A stretch of DNA of 32,041 nt from Acetofilamentum sp. (GCA_020720565.1 DYOK01000006.1:1-32041), one strand, 5' to 3'; numbered from the stretch's first letter, positions 20,552 through 30,457 are shown. Program-made: numbers and translations. Notes: generated from the letters alone by a model not told the origin.

Positions 20552-21127
20552 ATGAGACTTGTACTGGCATCAAATAACGCACACAAACTGGAGGAAATAC
20601 GTTCTGCCGTAGGTTCGAAACACGAGATTTTAAGTTTAAGCGACATTGGTTTTGTTGGCGAAATACCTGAGACCCACGACACATTGCAAGGCAATGCTTT
20701 CGAAAAAGCCGAATATATTTATAGCCGATTTGGATTAAACTGCTTTGCAGACGATACTGGTCTCGAAATAGAAGTATTGAATGGCGAGCCTGGAGTCTAC
20801 TCGGCACGTTATGCAGGAGAAAAACCAAGTTTCGACGACAACATGAACAAAGTGTTGCTAAAAATGGAAGGCAAAAGTAACCGTAAAGCTGTTTTCCGTA
20901 CTATAATTTCGTGTATTATCGAAGGAAGAGAATATACTTTTGAAGGCAAGTGCCCAGGTCAAATTGTAACCAGTAAGCAAGGTGAAGTAGGTTTTGGTTA
21001 CGATCCTATTTTTCGACCCGATGGATTTGAACAAACCTTTGCTCAAATGTCGATTGAAGTTAAAAATAAAATTTCGCACAGAGGCTTAGCTATGGTGCAA
21101 CTGATTCAATTTTTAAATTCGATTTAA
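20552..21127 (+). CDS. rdgB: Non-canonical purine NTP pyrophosphatase (RdgB/HAM1)
   Basis: ASNNAHKLEE, ADDTGL, PGVYSARYA, GFGYDPIF, KISHRG. Confidence 0.97.
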   Translation: MRLVLASNNAHKLEEIRSAVGSKHEILSLSDIGFVGEIPETHDTLQGNAFEKAEYIYSRFGLNCFADDTGLEIEVLNGEPGVYSARYAGEKPSFDDNMNKVLLKMEGKSNRKAVFRTIISCIIEGREYTFEGKCPGQIVTSKQGEVGFGYDPIFRPDGFEQTFAQMSIEVKNKISHRGLAMVQLIQFLNSI

Positions 21128-21184
21128 GCCACATTTTATTATTTACATCCAACAACATCCACCCAAAACACATCAATTAAAACC

Positions 21185-21475
21185 ATGAATCAAATTCAAT
21201 TAAACGATAGAATAATACCTCGCCAAGATATGATCGAAAGCAAGATTGATGGCGATTTAGTGATGATGAATCTCGAATTAGAACATTATTTTGGTTTAAA
21301 TTCTGTCGGGACAGCTATTTGGGACATGTTGCCTAAACAACCCACTTTTAACAGTTTGATAGAACAATTGATGCTCAAGTTTGAAATTGACCACGATACT
21401 TGTGTGAAAGAAACATCGGATTTTATAACGCTTCTCGAAACTCAAAAGTTAATAAGCATTGAAAAAGCGCATTAA
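21185..21475 (+). CDS. PqqD-family RiPP recognition element (lasso peptide B1-like)
   Basis: IDGDLVMMNLELEHYFGLNSVGTAIWDML and LMLKFEIDHDTC pattern; 96 aa; adjacent to B2. Confidence 0.88.
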   Translation: MNQIQLNDRIIPRQDMIESKIDGDLVMMNLELEHYFGLNSVGTAIWDMLPKQPTFNSLIEQLMLKFEIDHDTCVKETSDFITLLETQKLISIEKAH

Positions 21476-21881
21476 ATGGAGCCGTTTTTCAAAATGGTCG
21501 AGCATAGAGTACCGATACTGGTTAAAAGGTCTTGGCTTAAGCATATGGTATCTCATAGCTATCAAAATTTTAAGTTTTAAAACCATTGCCCAAAACAAAA
21601 AAAACAGTTCGATAGTTACAAACAGCATCTCTACAGAATTACTCATCAAAACCCTTGGGCGAGTAGAACGAACAGCTCCTTGGCCAGTTACCTGCTTAAG
21701 TATTGCCCTTGTGGCACGCAATTTATTTCGTTCTCAAGGATTAGATTTGACCATACATTTAGGAGTTTCGAAACAAAAAACCGACACTTTAGCAGCACAT
21801 GCTTGGACCATTTCGAACGAACACATTATTACAGGAGGAGGTAATTTGCAAAACTACACAGAACTGTTTACCTTTGAATAA
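21459..21881 (+). CDS. Lasso peptide biosynthesis B2-like leader peptidase (transglutaminase-like)
   Basis: Catalytic Cys in PWPVTCLSIAL, IHLGV, and catalytic His in LAAHAW; TTG start overlaps the end of B1. Confidence 0.85.
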   Translation: MKKRIKWSRFSKWSSIEYRYWLKGLGLSIWYLIAIKILSFKTIAQNKKNSSIVTNSISTELLIKTLGRVERTAPWPVTCLSIALVARNLFRSQGLDLTIHLGVSKQKTDTLAAHAWTISNEHIITGGGNLQNYTELFTFE

Positions 21882-21930
21882 CAAAGTTTTAGTTTTTGCT
21901 AATTCACTCGCTTAATCAATCTTTAGGAAC

Positions 21931-22731
21931 ATGTCTGGTAAGAATTTTCGTATTGCTGTAGTATTGCTTCAAATTGGCATAAATACTCATCTGCTGACTG
22001 GTCAGGTTTTATACAACAAAGCACCAGAGAATAAAGGGGTTGACCATTTAAAACAAATTTATCAACTCGACCAACAAATATTAACGAAATATACCGAAAA
22101 AGACACACTTTCTTATCGGAATATCATGTTGGGCACCATAGATGCAGTTGACATAAGTAATCCTTTACGAATTTTAGTTTTTTCGAAAAGTTCAAATTCT
22201 TTGGTCTTTTTAGATAACACCTTGTCGCCAATTGGCGATGTTATTTTACTCGATCAATTAAATGCGTTTGATGTAGCGGCGGTCTGCAATGCCCAAACAA
22301 ACGGCTTTTGGCTATATAATACTCACAAAAGATGCTTAGAGCATTACGATAGCCAACTTAAACTGACCCATCAAAGTGCACAAATTGCGTCCGAACAAGC
22401 ATTTAAATTCTCAGACATGATGCTTCAAAGCCAGAATGGCAATGTGTTCTTGTATCAACCCAATAAAGGAATCTTAAAATTTGACCGATTTGGATTGTAT
22501 CTTAAAACTTATTTTTTAAACAATGTGACCTATTTCGAACCTTTAGAAAAAGGTTTACTAATTGTTCTCGGCCAACAAATTTTGTTTTGGGCCTGGCAAA
22601 ATGCCGATTCTGAGGTTATATTAGAGTCGGAAAGTACAATTACTTGGGCTAGCAGAATCGGAAATCAGGTATGGTATACCGAAGGTAACACCTTAAAAAG
22701 CAAGCTGATAAAAAAAGCTGAACTTGAATAA
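21931..22731 (+). CDS. Hypothetical protein, probably exported and beta-propeller-like
   Basis: 266-aa ORF with hydrophobic N-terminus, DISNPLRILVF...LVFLDNTLS motif and NHL-like strand GILKFDRFGLYLK. Confidence 0.75.
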   Translation: MSGKNFRIAVVLLQIGINTHLLTGQVLYNKAPENKGVDHLKQIYQLDQQILTKYTEKDTLSYRNIMLGTIDAVDISNPLRILVFSKSSNSLVFLDNTLSPIGDVILLDQLNAFDVAAVCNAQTNGFWLYNTHKRCLEHYDSQLKLTHQSAQIASEQAFKFSDMMLQSQNGNVFLYQPNKGILKFDRFGLYLKTYFLNNVTYFEPLEKGLLIVLGQQILFWAWQNADSEVILESESTITWASRIGNQVWYTEGNTLKSKLIKKAELE

Positions 22732-22741
22732 GTCCAGCTTT
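22711..22741 (-). terminator. Terminator of tRNA-His, overlapping the 3' end of the convergent CDS
   Basis: Minus strand AAAGCTGGACTT-ATTC-AAGTTCAGCTTTTTT. Confidence 0.75.
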
Positions 22742-22742
22742 G

Positions 22743-22817
22743 GGTGAAAAATGGGGCTCGAACCCACGACCCCCGGAACCACAATCCGGTGCTCTAACCA
22801 ACTGAGCTATTCTCACC
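22743..22817 (-). tRNA. tRNA-His(GTG) with encoded G-1
   Basis: GGTGAGAATAGCTCAGTTGGTTAGAGCACCGGATTGTGGTTCCGG...GTTCGAGCCCCATTTTTCACC; C discriminator. Confidence 0.97.
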
Positions 22818-22830
22818 ATTTTTGCGGCTG

Positions 22831-22861
22831 CAAATATAGAAGGATTTATCGACGCTTCAAA
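22831..22861 (-). promoter_or_regulatory. Consensus housekeeping promoter of tRNA-His
   Basis: TTTG (22861-22858)-N19-TATATTTG (22838-22831). Confidence 0.85.
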
Positions 22862-22881
22862 ATTTAAACAGAATATTTTTA

Positions 22882-22889
22882 TACATTTG
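22882..22889 (+). promoter_or_regulatory. Candidate -7 element for rlmH
   Basis: TACATTTG, divergent from the tRNA-His promoter. Confidence 0.45.
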
Positions 22890-23031
22890 TTTCAAGTTTA
22901 AAAATCACTCTAAAATCTGGTTGCATCAGACCAGAATAATGTTTAAAAGTAACGAACTGTATTTTTCGAGAACCAACACTTAACCAAACCGCTTAAGCAT
23001 CATCACCCAAAACGATACAGATCTAAAACAA

Positions 23032-23505
23032 ATGAAAATAAGACTGATACAAATAGGGAAAACCGACGATAAATCGATTCAAGCATTAGTCGATTTGTAT
23101 CATCTGAGAATAAAAAAATATCATCCTTTCGAAAGCCTGATTATTCCCGACATTAAAAATTCGAAAAATCTACAAGCCGAACAACAAAAAAAACTCGAAG
23201 CCGAATTAATACTGAAGCAAATATCGACCACTGACCGCGTGATACTTTTAGACGAGAATGGGCTTACACCCGATTCGGTAGGTTTTGCAAAATTTATCGA
23301 ACAACAAGCTTTGCAATCGGTCAAAACACTTGTTTTTATTATTGGAGGCCCCTATGGTTTCGACCAAAGTGTATACCAACGAGCCAATGAGCGTATTGCT
23401 TTATCTAAAATGACATTTTCGCATCAATTGGTGCGAGTGATTTTTGCAGAGCAATTGTATAGAGCCAATACCATCATCAAAAAAGAGCCTTACCACCATG
23501 TTTAA
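23032..23505 (+). CDS. rlmH: 23S rRNA (pseudouridine1915-N3)-methyltransferase
   Basis: ILLDENG, FIIGGPYG, LSKMTFSHQLVRVIFAEQLYRA, EPYHH. Confidence 0.97.
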   Translation: MKIRLIQIGKTDDKSIQALVDLYHLRIKKYHPFESLIIPDIKNSKNLQAEQQKKLEAELILKQISTTDRVILLDENGLTPDSVGFAKFIEQQALQSVKTLVFIIGGPYGFDQSVYQRANERIALSKMTFSHQLVRVIFAEQLYRANTIIKKEPYHHV

Positions 23506-26500
23506 CTATTTAAAAATATCGGGACTGATTGTAGGTATTATGCTTGGTTTGTTTGTGGCTTCATACCTATCGAACCACCCAATAAATTGGATGTACGAAC
23601 ATCTCGATGTACAGTTGGTACAACAAGAAATTATTGAAAAAACAGAAACTTCGAAACCCTTTGAAGTGCTATTAATTTCGAAAAAGTCTGAATATCATAT
23701 TCGCCAATTGCGTCAAGAAAGTGACTGTATTTATGTGTTGTACGAACATCAAAAATTACTGTATTGGACTAGTAATGAGCTCAATTTCGAAGTGTTACCC
23801 ACCATTAGCACCGACGGATTGTACAATTTAGCCGGTCGGGTTTATTTGGTTTGGATTAAACGAGCCGAAAATAGAATTTTGTATAGTTTGTTACCTCTAA
23901 AAACAAATTTTAGAATCGAAAATGCTTTTCTCAAAAACAAAGCCTTATCGGGTTTAAGTATTCCCGATAATTTCTTACCCACCGCACATGCGGGGTCGCA
24001 AAAAATCACCATTCCCATCAATGGGAAATCGACCCGATTTAGTTTTATTCAAACTTCCGAGAATAAAATTTATCCCTATATTTATTACACGTTAAGCGGC
24101 TTGTACCTGCTATTGGCTGCTCTATTTTTGATTATACTTACTCGATTTGTTTTGTATCAAAACAATTTAAACCATTGGCTCAAGCTACTTATCTGGACCG
24201 TATTGTATCTAATCCTATTTACCTTTGTGCTTAATACAGAACAAATCCCATTCTCAAGTACCTATCCCATATTTAATGCTTTTGATTTTGCCAATCTATA
24301 CATCAGTTCTTTGGGGCAGCTGTTTATTTATGTCATTGGTTTCTTTATATGGGTATTTATCATTTTAAATTTTTGCAAAACATTCTGCATTTTTCCAAGA
24401 TTTTCGTCTTGGTTGATTCACGCTGGTGCAATGCTGTTATTGATTTTATGGAGCATATTTATCGAAAATATTATTCAAAATTCGACCAGTCAATTTGTCA
24501 ACTTTGATTCGGTCATTATGCGATGGCAAGATATTTTGCTTTTAATTTTATTTGGTCTGCCCATACTGTCAATCATCAGAATCCAACAATTTGCCATTAA
24601 TCAACAGAAGATTTTAAAACGAACCGATTGGTATGTGTATTTTGGTTTAATAACAGTTTTTGGGCTGATGCTTTACATTTTTCAAAAACAACTCATGGTT
24701 GTGATTGTGTTGAGTAGTTTAACGGCATTCTTACTTCACATTCATCAAAACCGCCCCAACAACAAAGAAACGTGGCGACTTATCATCATCATGCTGGTAA
24801 GCTTTTTCTTGACCATTCATATTTTGCACATTGCCAACATTAAAGATGCAAAGCAAAGCGATTTGTATCTTGAAAAAAGCAAAAGCGATTACAACCGTCT
24901 GGCCGAATATTTATTGCACGAACTCGATCACAAAATAAGTAGCGACACAGAGCTTTCGCTTTTAATGGAACAGCTTCCTGGTAATGAATCGGATATTTAT
25001 CAATATATTAGGATGCAATACCTGACGGGTTATTGGTCGCAATTTCTGTCAGAGATTACAATATGTGGTTCAAAAGAAATATACGAGTCGCCCAATGACT
25101 TAAGCAGTTGTGATGCTTTTTTTGAGCATAAAACCCAAAACCGCGAAAAACAAATAGAAAAAACACAATTTGTGTCGATTAACGAAGGTGGTGTTTCGCA
25201 TTATTTGGGTCGGTTTGCATATAAAATTAAAAACAATTCGATCGATATCAACCTTTATGTGTTTCTGCAAGCCAACGAGACCCACAAAAGCATGGGCTAT
25301 CCATCGGTTTTGCTTAACCACGAAATTGATTTAAATTATCAATCTGATCGACAGTCGTTTGCCAAATATGTCGATGGTGTTTTGGTAAACCAGCAAGGGG
25401 CCTACAATTACTCGACGCGGTTTAAGTCCAATTCGAAAGACGCCGTTTATGCTTTCGAAGAAAACAATTACGAACATTTGGTCGAGAACGTCGACAAACA
25501 TGTGGTGAATATCGTCAGCAGACCTAAACTCAATTTCTGGGCTTTGGTGGTGGCTTTTTCTTATATCTTTATACTATACACAGCCATTTTCTACAGTATT
25601 GGTTTTGTGATTAAACTCTTTAACTTTAACACAAAAGTCCAAAATACAAGTTTAAAAGATAAGCTAAGATGGTCGTTTATTGGCGTTTTAAGCGTCTCTT
25701 TTGTTTTGACCGCAACGGCCATTCTCTACAAAAGCACCGAAATATCGGAAAACAAAGAGCAACATTTGTTGAACGAAAAAATGCAGTCGATTTTGGTCGA
25801 AATCAAACATAAATTTTCGGAAAATAACACCATCAACACCAATAACGCCAACTATTACAATTACCTGCTTACCAAATTTTCGTATGTGTTTTTTTCCGAC
25901 ATTAATTTGTACGATTTAAACGGTAAAATTTTAGCTTCGTCGAGACCCGAAATCTTCGAAAAAGACCTAATTGGCAATCAAATGCACCCCGAAGCATACG
26001 AGCATATGCACTTTAAAAACGAGTCTGAGTTTTTACATCACGAGCAATTGGGAGAGCAAAATTATTTGTCGGCCTATATTCCCGTTAGAGACTCTAAAAA
26101 CGTGACCGTTGCTTATCTTAATTTGCCATTTTTTGCCAGAAATAACGAAATACAACGCGACATAAAAGATTTGATAACAGCCTTTCTTAACCTTTTTATT
26201 ATTCTGTTTATCATTACAGGTGTGTTTACTGTGTTTATTTCGAGTCGGATTACATCGCCTTTAAGCATCATACAGCAAAAGCTTAAAACTTTTAGTTTAG
26301 ACCAACCCAACGAACCTATTGCCTATCAATCGAAAGACGAAATTGGAGATTTGGTAAAACAATACAACTTAATGGCCGAAGAACTTAATAAAAACATTGC
26401 TCTGTTAGCTCAAAAAGAACGCGAAGGCGCTTGGAAAGAGATGGCCAAGCAAATTGCACATGAGATTAAAAATCCGCTCACACCCATGAAGTTAAGCTTG

Positions 26501-27088
26501 CAACACCTGCAATATATTTGGAATTCTGACAAGCCCGATAAAAACGAAAAAGTGATTAGTACCACCGAATTGGTTATTAAACAAATCGACCGCTTAGCCG
26601 AAATTGCTTCGGCATTTTCCGATTTCTCGAAAATGACCCAATCGAACCGAAAACCAATGGAATTGTGGCCTCTAATCATCGAAACAGCCGAACTATACCA
26701 TAACGAAATCGAAATTATTTTTGATGCTCAACTAAACCAAAAAGCACTGATTCTTGGCGACGAAAAACAAGTATCTCGCGTGTTGCAAAACCTAATTACC
26801 AACGCCATTCAAGCGGCACATCCAGAACGCAAACCCGCATTAACCATTCGACTGATGGCTTTGGAACCCAGTTGGCGGCTTTCGTTATGCGACAATGGAA
26901 TGGGAATCGAGGCCCAAGTGATGGAACATATTTTTGAGCCCAATTTTACGACCAAAACCAGCGGAATGGGGCTTGGCTTGGCTATCGTAAAACAAATAAT
27001 CGACCATCACAATGGAAAAATATATATCGAGTCGATCCCCGAAAAGGGTACTTGTATTACCATAGATTGGCCAATTTTTGAGGGGTAA
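23498..27088 (+). CDS. Large multi-TM sensor histidine kinase (NtrY-like HAMP-HisKA-HATPase), 1196 aa
   Basis: H-box AWKEMAKQIAHEIKNPLTPM, N-box NLITNAIQA, DNGMGI, FEPNFTTKTSGMGLGL, HAMP DEIGDLVKQYN. Start moved to ATG 23498. Confidence 0.93.
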   Translation: MFNYLKISGLIVGIMLGLFVASYLSNHPINWMYEHLDVQLVQQEIIEKTETSKPFEVLLISKKSEYHIRQLRQESDCIYVLYEHQKLLYWTSNELNFEVLPTISTDGLYNLAGRVYLVWIKRAENRILYSLLPLKTNFRIENAFLKNKALSGLSIPDNFLPTAHAGSQKITIPINGKSTRFSFIQTSENKIYPYIYYTLSGLYLLLAALFLIILTRFVLYQNNLNHWLKLLIWTVLYLILFTFVLNTEQIPFSSTYPIFNAFDFANLYISSLGQLFIYVIGFFIWVFIILNFCKTFCIFPRFSSWLIHAGAMLLLILWSIFIENIIQNSTSQFVNFDSVIMRWQDILLLILFGLPILSIIRIQQFAINQQKILKRTDWYVYFGLITVFGLMLYIFQKQLMVVIVLSSLTAFLLHIHQNRPNNKETWRLIIIMLVSFFLTIHILHIANIKDAKQSDLYLEKSKSDYNRLAEYLLHELDHKISSDTELSLLMEQLPGNESDIYQYIRMQYLTGYWSQFLSEITICGSKEIYESPNDLSSCDAFFEHKTQNREKQIEKTQFVSINEGGVSHYLGRFAYKIKNNSIDINLYVFLQANETHKSMGYPSVLLNHEIDLNYQSDRQSFAKYVDGVLVNQQGAYNYSTRFKSNSKDAVYAFEENNYEHLVENVDKHVVNIVSRPKLNFWALVVAFSYIFILYTAIFYSIGFVIKLFNFNTKVQNTSLKDKLRWSFIGVLSVSFVLTATAILYKSTEISENKEQHLLNEKMQSILVEIKHKFSENNTINTNNANYYNYLLTKFSYVFFSDINLYDLNGKILASSRPEIFEKDLIGNQMHPEAYEHMHFKNESEFLHHEQLGEQNYLSAYIPVRDSKNVTVAYLNLPFFARNNEIQRDIKDLITAFLNLFIILFIITGVFTVFISSRITSPLSIIQQKLKTFSLDQPNEPIAYQSKDEIGDLVKQYNLMAEELNKNIALLAQKEREGAWKEMAKQIAHEIKNPLTPMKLSLQHLQYIWNSDKPDKNEKVISTTELVIKQIDRLAEIASAFSDFSKMTQSNRKPMELWPLIIETAELYHNEIEIIFDAQLNQKALILGDEKQVSRVLQNLITNAIQAAHPERKPALTIRLMALEPSWRLSLCDNGMGIEAQVMEHIFEPNFTTKTSGMGLGLAIVKQIIDHHNGKIYIESIPEKGTCITIDWPIFEG

Positions 27089-27141
27089 ATTCATTAATTA
27101 AAACTTTGTGATTATTTATCCTAATGACAAGGCATATGCCC

Positions 27142-27167
27142 GTAACATTTTGCGTATGTATGTCGTC
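27142..27167 (+). promoter_or_regulatory. Candidate ECF-sigma promoter of the ABC efflux cluster
   Basis: GTAAC (27142-27146)-N17-CGTC (27164-27167), ending 19 nt before the likely ATG at 27187. Confidence 0.5.
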
Positions 27168-27186
27168 AAAACGCAAAACTTTGAGA

Positions 27187-27849
27187 ATGGTCCATTTAAA
27201 AAACATTCATAAATACTACCAGACGGCTAGTTCGTCGTTGCATGTCTTAAAAGGTATCGATTTAACTATTGAACAAGGCGAACTGGTTTCGATTATGGGT
27301 GCATCGGGCTCAGGCAAATCGACCTTATTAAATATTCTTGGTATTCTTGATAATTACGACCAAGGCTTGTACGAACTCGACCGCATACCCGTACTCAACC
27401 TGAGCGAAAAGAAAGCGGCAGAATACCGCAACCAATATATTGGTTTTGTGTTTCAATCGTTTAATTTAATCAGTTATAAAACCGCCGTCGAAAATGTGGC
27501 GCTGCCCCTCTATTACAGAAAAGTTTCTCGTAAAAAAAGGAATCAAATTGCATTAGAATACCTCGAAATGTTAGGTATAGCCGACCGAGCCAACCACTTA
27601 CCCAACGAATTATCGGGTGGACAAAAGCAAAGGGTCGCTATTGCGAGAGCCTTGATTTCGAATCCGAAAATTATTTTGGCCGATGAGCCCACTGGGGCAT
27701 TAGATAGTCAAACGTCGGTCGAAGTAATGGATTTATTCAAACAAATACACCGGCAAGGTAAAACCGTCATAATCGTAACCCACGAAGCCGACGTAGCCTC
27801 GCAAACCGATCGAATTATTCGCATAAAAGACGGTCTAATTCAAGATTAA
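27187..27849 (+). CDS. ABC transporter ATP-binding protein (LolD/MacB-type)
   Basis: Walker A GASGSGKST, LSGGQKQR, Walker B ILADEPTGALD; probable start MVHLKNIHK. Confidence 0.95.
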   Translation: MVHLKNIHKYYQTASSSLHVLKGIDLTIEQGELVSIMGASGSGKSTLLNILGILDNYDQGLYELDRIPVLNLSEKKAAEYRNQYIGFVFQSFNLISYKTAVENVALPLYYRKVSRKKRNQIALEYLEMLGIADRANHLPNELSGGQKQRVAIARALISNPKIILADEPTGALDSQTSVEVMDLFKQIHRQGKTVIIVTHEADVASQTDRIIRIKDGLIQD

Positions 27850-27946
27850 GTATGATAGTCGTGTTTTTTATATTAGAAGGCTGATATATGGCAAGTTATA
27901 ATAACAAAAAATAGGTCGAAGACCTTAATTTTTAAACTATTCGAGC

Positions 27947-29176
27947 ATGTTCGATTACGACAAATGGACAGAGGTCTATTATTCGATAAAACAAAATAAA
28001 CTCAGAGCTTTTTTGACGGGGTTTAGCGTAGCATGGGGAATTTTTATGCTCATAATCTTGTTAGGAGCAGGACAAGGTTTGCAAAATGGGGTCGAAAAAC
28101 AATTCGAATCGGATGCTGTCAATAGCGTTTGGATTGGAGCTGGCACCACCGAAAAACCATTCGAAGGCTATAAATCGGGTCGTCAAATTATATTTAAAAA
28201 TAAAGATTTCGAAAGTGTAAAAGCCGATTTCCCTGAGGTTAGCAACGTTTCTGCTCGATTAAACGTTTGGGGAGGTAGCTCTATTGTTTACAAAAACGAA
28301 TACGCCACTTTCGATTTAAAGGCGGTTCATCCAGACCACAGATATGTCGAAAATGTTAAAATAAGTAGTGGCCGCTTTATCAATCAAACCGACATTGACG
28401 ATTATAGAAAAACGGCTGTAATTGGTAAATTAGCTGCCGAAATATTGTTTAAGGAAGAAGACCCTATCGGGAAATTTGTTCAGATTTATGGCATTAACTT
28501 TTTAATTGTCGGTGTTTTTGTCGACAAACAAGAACAAGAAATGAAGCGATTGTATTTGCCCATTTCTGTGTTTCAAAAACTGATGTCGGGCAACGAAGAC
28601 ATTGGACAAATTTCGATGACAGCCCCATTACAAAACCAATCCGAAATGGATAGTTTAGAAAAAACCCTTCGCACCTATTTGGCTACACGCCATCAATTTG
28701 ACCCTACCGACCAAAGAGCTATTTGGGTTTGGAGCAATTTTAAAGAATATTTACAAGTCATGAAGTTGTTTGGTGGGATTAAAATGTTTGTTTGGATTGT
28801 GGGCTTACTCACCATTATTGCAGGTATTGTAGGCGTCAGTAATATTATGCTGGTAGTAGTTAAAGAACGAACTAAAGAGATTGGGATAAGGAAAGCCATT
28901 GGTGCACAACCATCGCATATTATAGGTCTGATTGTTTTCGAATCTGTTGTGATTACTTCGGTAGCCGGATATATGGGCATGTTGCCTGGAATATTAATTT
29001 TAGAATTGATTTCGAAAAATCTACCTGCAGGAGATTTTTTTGCCAATCCTTCGGTCAGTCTCGAAGTGGTATTATTAGCTATGTTTATTTTAGTTGCGGC
29101 TGGTGTAATAGCAAGTTATCTTCCTGCTCGGCACGCAGCACTTATCAAACCAATTGAGGCCCTCAACGAAAAATAA
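27947..29176 (+). CDS. ABC transporter permease (MacB/FtsX family)
   Basis: NKLRAFLTGFSVAWGI, VSNIMLVVVKERTKEIGIRKAIGA, KPIEAL. Confidence 0.95.
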   Translation: MFDYDKWTEVYYSIKQNKLRAFLTGFSVAWGIFMLIILLGAGQGLQNGVEKQFESDAVNSVWIGAGTTEKPFEGYKSGRQIIFKNKDFESVKADFPEVSNVSARLNVWGGSSIVYKNEYATFDLKAVHPDHRYVENVKISSGRFINQTDIDDYRKTAVIGKLAAEILFKEEDPIGKFVQIYGINFLIVGVFVDKQEQEMKRLYLPISVFQKLMSGNEDIGQISMTAPLQNQSEMDSLEKTLRTYLATRHQFDPTDQRAIWVWSNFKEYLQVMKLFGGIKMFVWIVGLLTIIAGIVGVSNIMLVVVKERTKEIGIRKAIGAQPSHIIGLIVFESVVITSVAGYMGMLPGILILELISKNLPAGDFFANPSVSLEVVLLAMFILVAAGVIASYLPARHAALIKPIEALNEK

Positions 29177-29184
29177 AAACCAAC

Positions 29185-30450
29185 ATGATACTATTCGAAA
29201 GAGACACCTGGCACGAAATCTACATCTCACTAAAAAAGAACAAATTACGTACTTTTTTAACTGGATTTGGGGTATCATGGGGCATTTTTATGTTAGTACT
29301 GATGCTTGGTGCTGGCACTGGCTTGAAAAATGGGGTAACAGCCGGATTTGGTCAATTTGCAACCAATAGTTTTTTTGTATGGACACAAACCACTACCATT
29401 CCGTACAAAGGTTTTCCGCGAGGACGAAATTTTAATTTCAATACCGACGACATCAAAGCTATTAAAGAACAAGTTCCCGAAGTTGGTTTATTAGCACCCA
29501 AATTAACCGCTGGTAATTGGGGTTCGGAAGGAGGCAATGTCATTCGAGGTAAATTCAATGGAACTTTTACCATTAACGGCGATTATCCTGAGACTTTTTT
29601 AATCGACCCCGTTCATGTGGATGCGGGAAGAACTTTAAATATTAAAGATATTGACCAAAACCGAAAAGTAGCTGTAATTGGTATTCGTGTAAAAGAACTA
29701 TTATTTGAGCCAAACGAAGATCCCATAGGCGAATTAATCACCATTCAAGGCGTCTATTTTACAGTTATAGGCATCATTTCGCCCAAAGGTAACGCCAACA
29801 TGAATGGTGACAAAAAAGAAATGATATGGGTGCCTTTTAGCACCTTGCAACAAGTGTTTAACTATGGCAATATTGTGGGCTATTTTGCTATAACAAGCAA
29901 AGACCATATTCCGGCATCGGTTGCAGAAGCCAAAGTTAGGGCGCTTTTAGCCGAACGTCACCAAATTTCGCCCGAAGACCATATGGCCCTGGGTGGTTTT
30001 AATATCGAAAACGAATTCAACAAAATGAATGGCTTATTTATGGCTATCAACCTGATTATTTGGCTTGTAGGCAGTGGCACATTAATGGCTGGTGCCATTG
30101 GCATCAGTAATATTATGTTAATTGTAGTGAGAGAACGAACCAAAGAAATCGGTGTCAGACGGGCTATAGGTGCAACACCACGTTCGATTATTGTTCAAAT
30201 TATGGCCGAATCGACCACATTAACCATCGTAGCCGGACTAGCCGGAATGCTAATTGGGGTTTGGATTCTGGAGGCTATCAGTCCATTTTTCGCAGGTGGC
30301 GAGGACAGTTTTTTTAAAAACCCGAGTGCCGATATTGGTGTAGTAAGTACTTCATTGGTTATTTTGGTTTTTGCAGGTGCTTTCGCCGGTTTTTTACCAG
30401 CCCGACGTGCGCTTAAAATCAAGGCTATCGATGCACTCAGAGATGAATAA
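29185..30450 (+). CDS. ABC transporter permease (MacB/FtsX family), paralog
   Basis: NKLRTFLTGFGVSWGI, ISNIMLIVVRERTKEIGVRRAIGA, KAIDALRDE. Confidence 0.95.
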   Translation: MILFERDTWHEIYISLKKNKLRTFLTGFGVSWGIFMLVLMLGAGTGLKNGVTAGFGQFATNSFFVWTQTTTIPYKGFPRGRNFNFNTDDIKAIKEQVPEVGLLAPKLTAGNWGSEGGNVIRGKFNGTFTINGDYPETFLIDPVHVDAGRTLNIKDIDQNRKVAVIGIRVKELLFEPNEDPIGELITIQGVYFTVIGIISPKGNANMNGDKKEMIWVPFSTLQQVFNYGNIVGYFAITSKDHIPASVAEAKVRALLAERHQISPEDHMALGGFNIENEFNKMNGLFMAINLIIWLVGSGTLMAGAIGISNIMLIVVRERTKEIGVRRAIGATPRSIIVQIMAESTTLTIVAGLAGMLIGVWILEAISPFFAGGEDSFFKNPSADIGVVSTSLVILVFAGAFAGFLPARRALKIKAIDALRDE

Positions 30451-30457
30451 TTTTTGA

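Noticed and set aside
22743-22817. tRNA-His as the integration site of a genomic island
   Set aside because: No duplicated tRNA 3' end and no integrase are seen, and its native terminator follows immediately.
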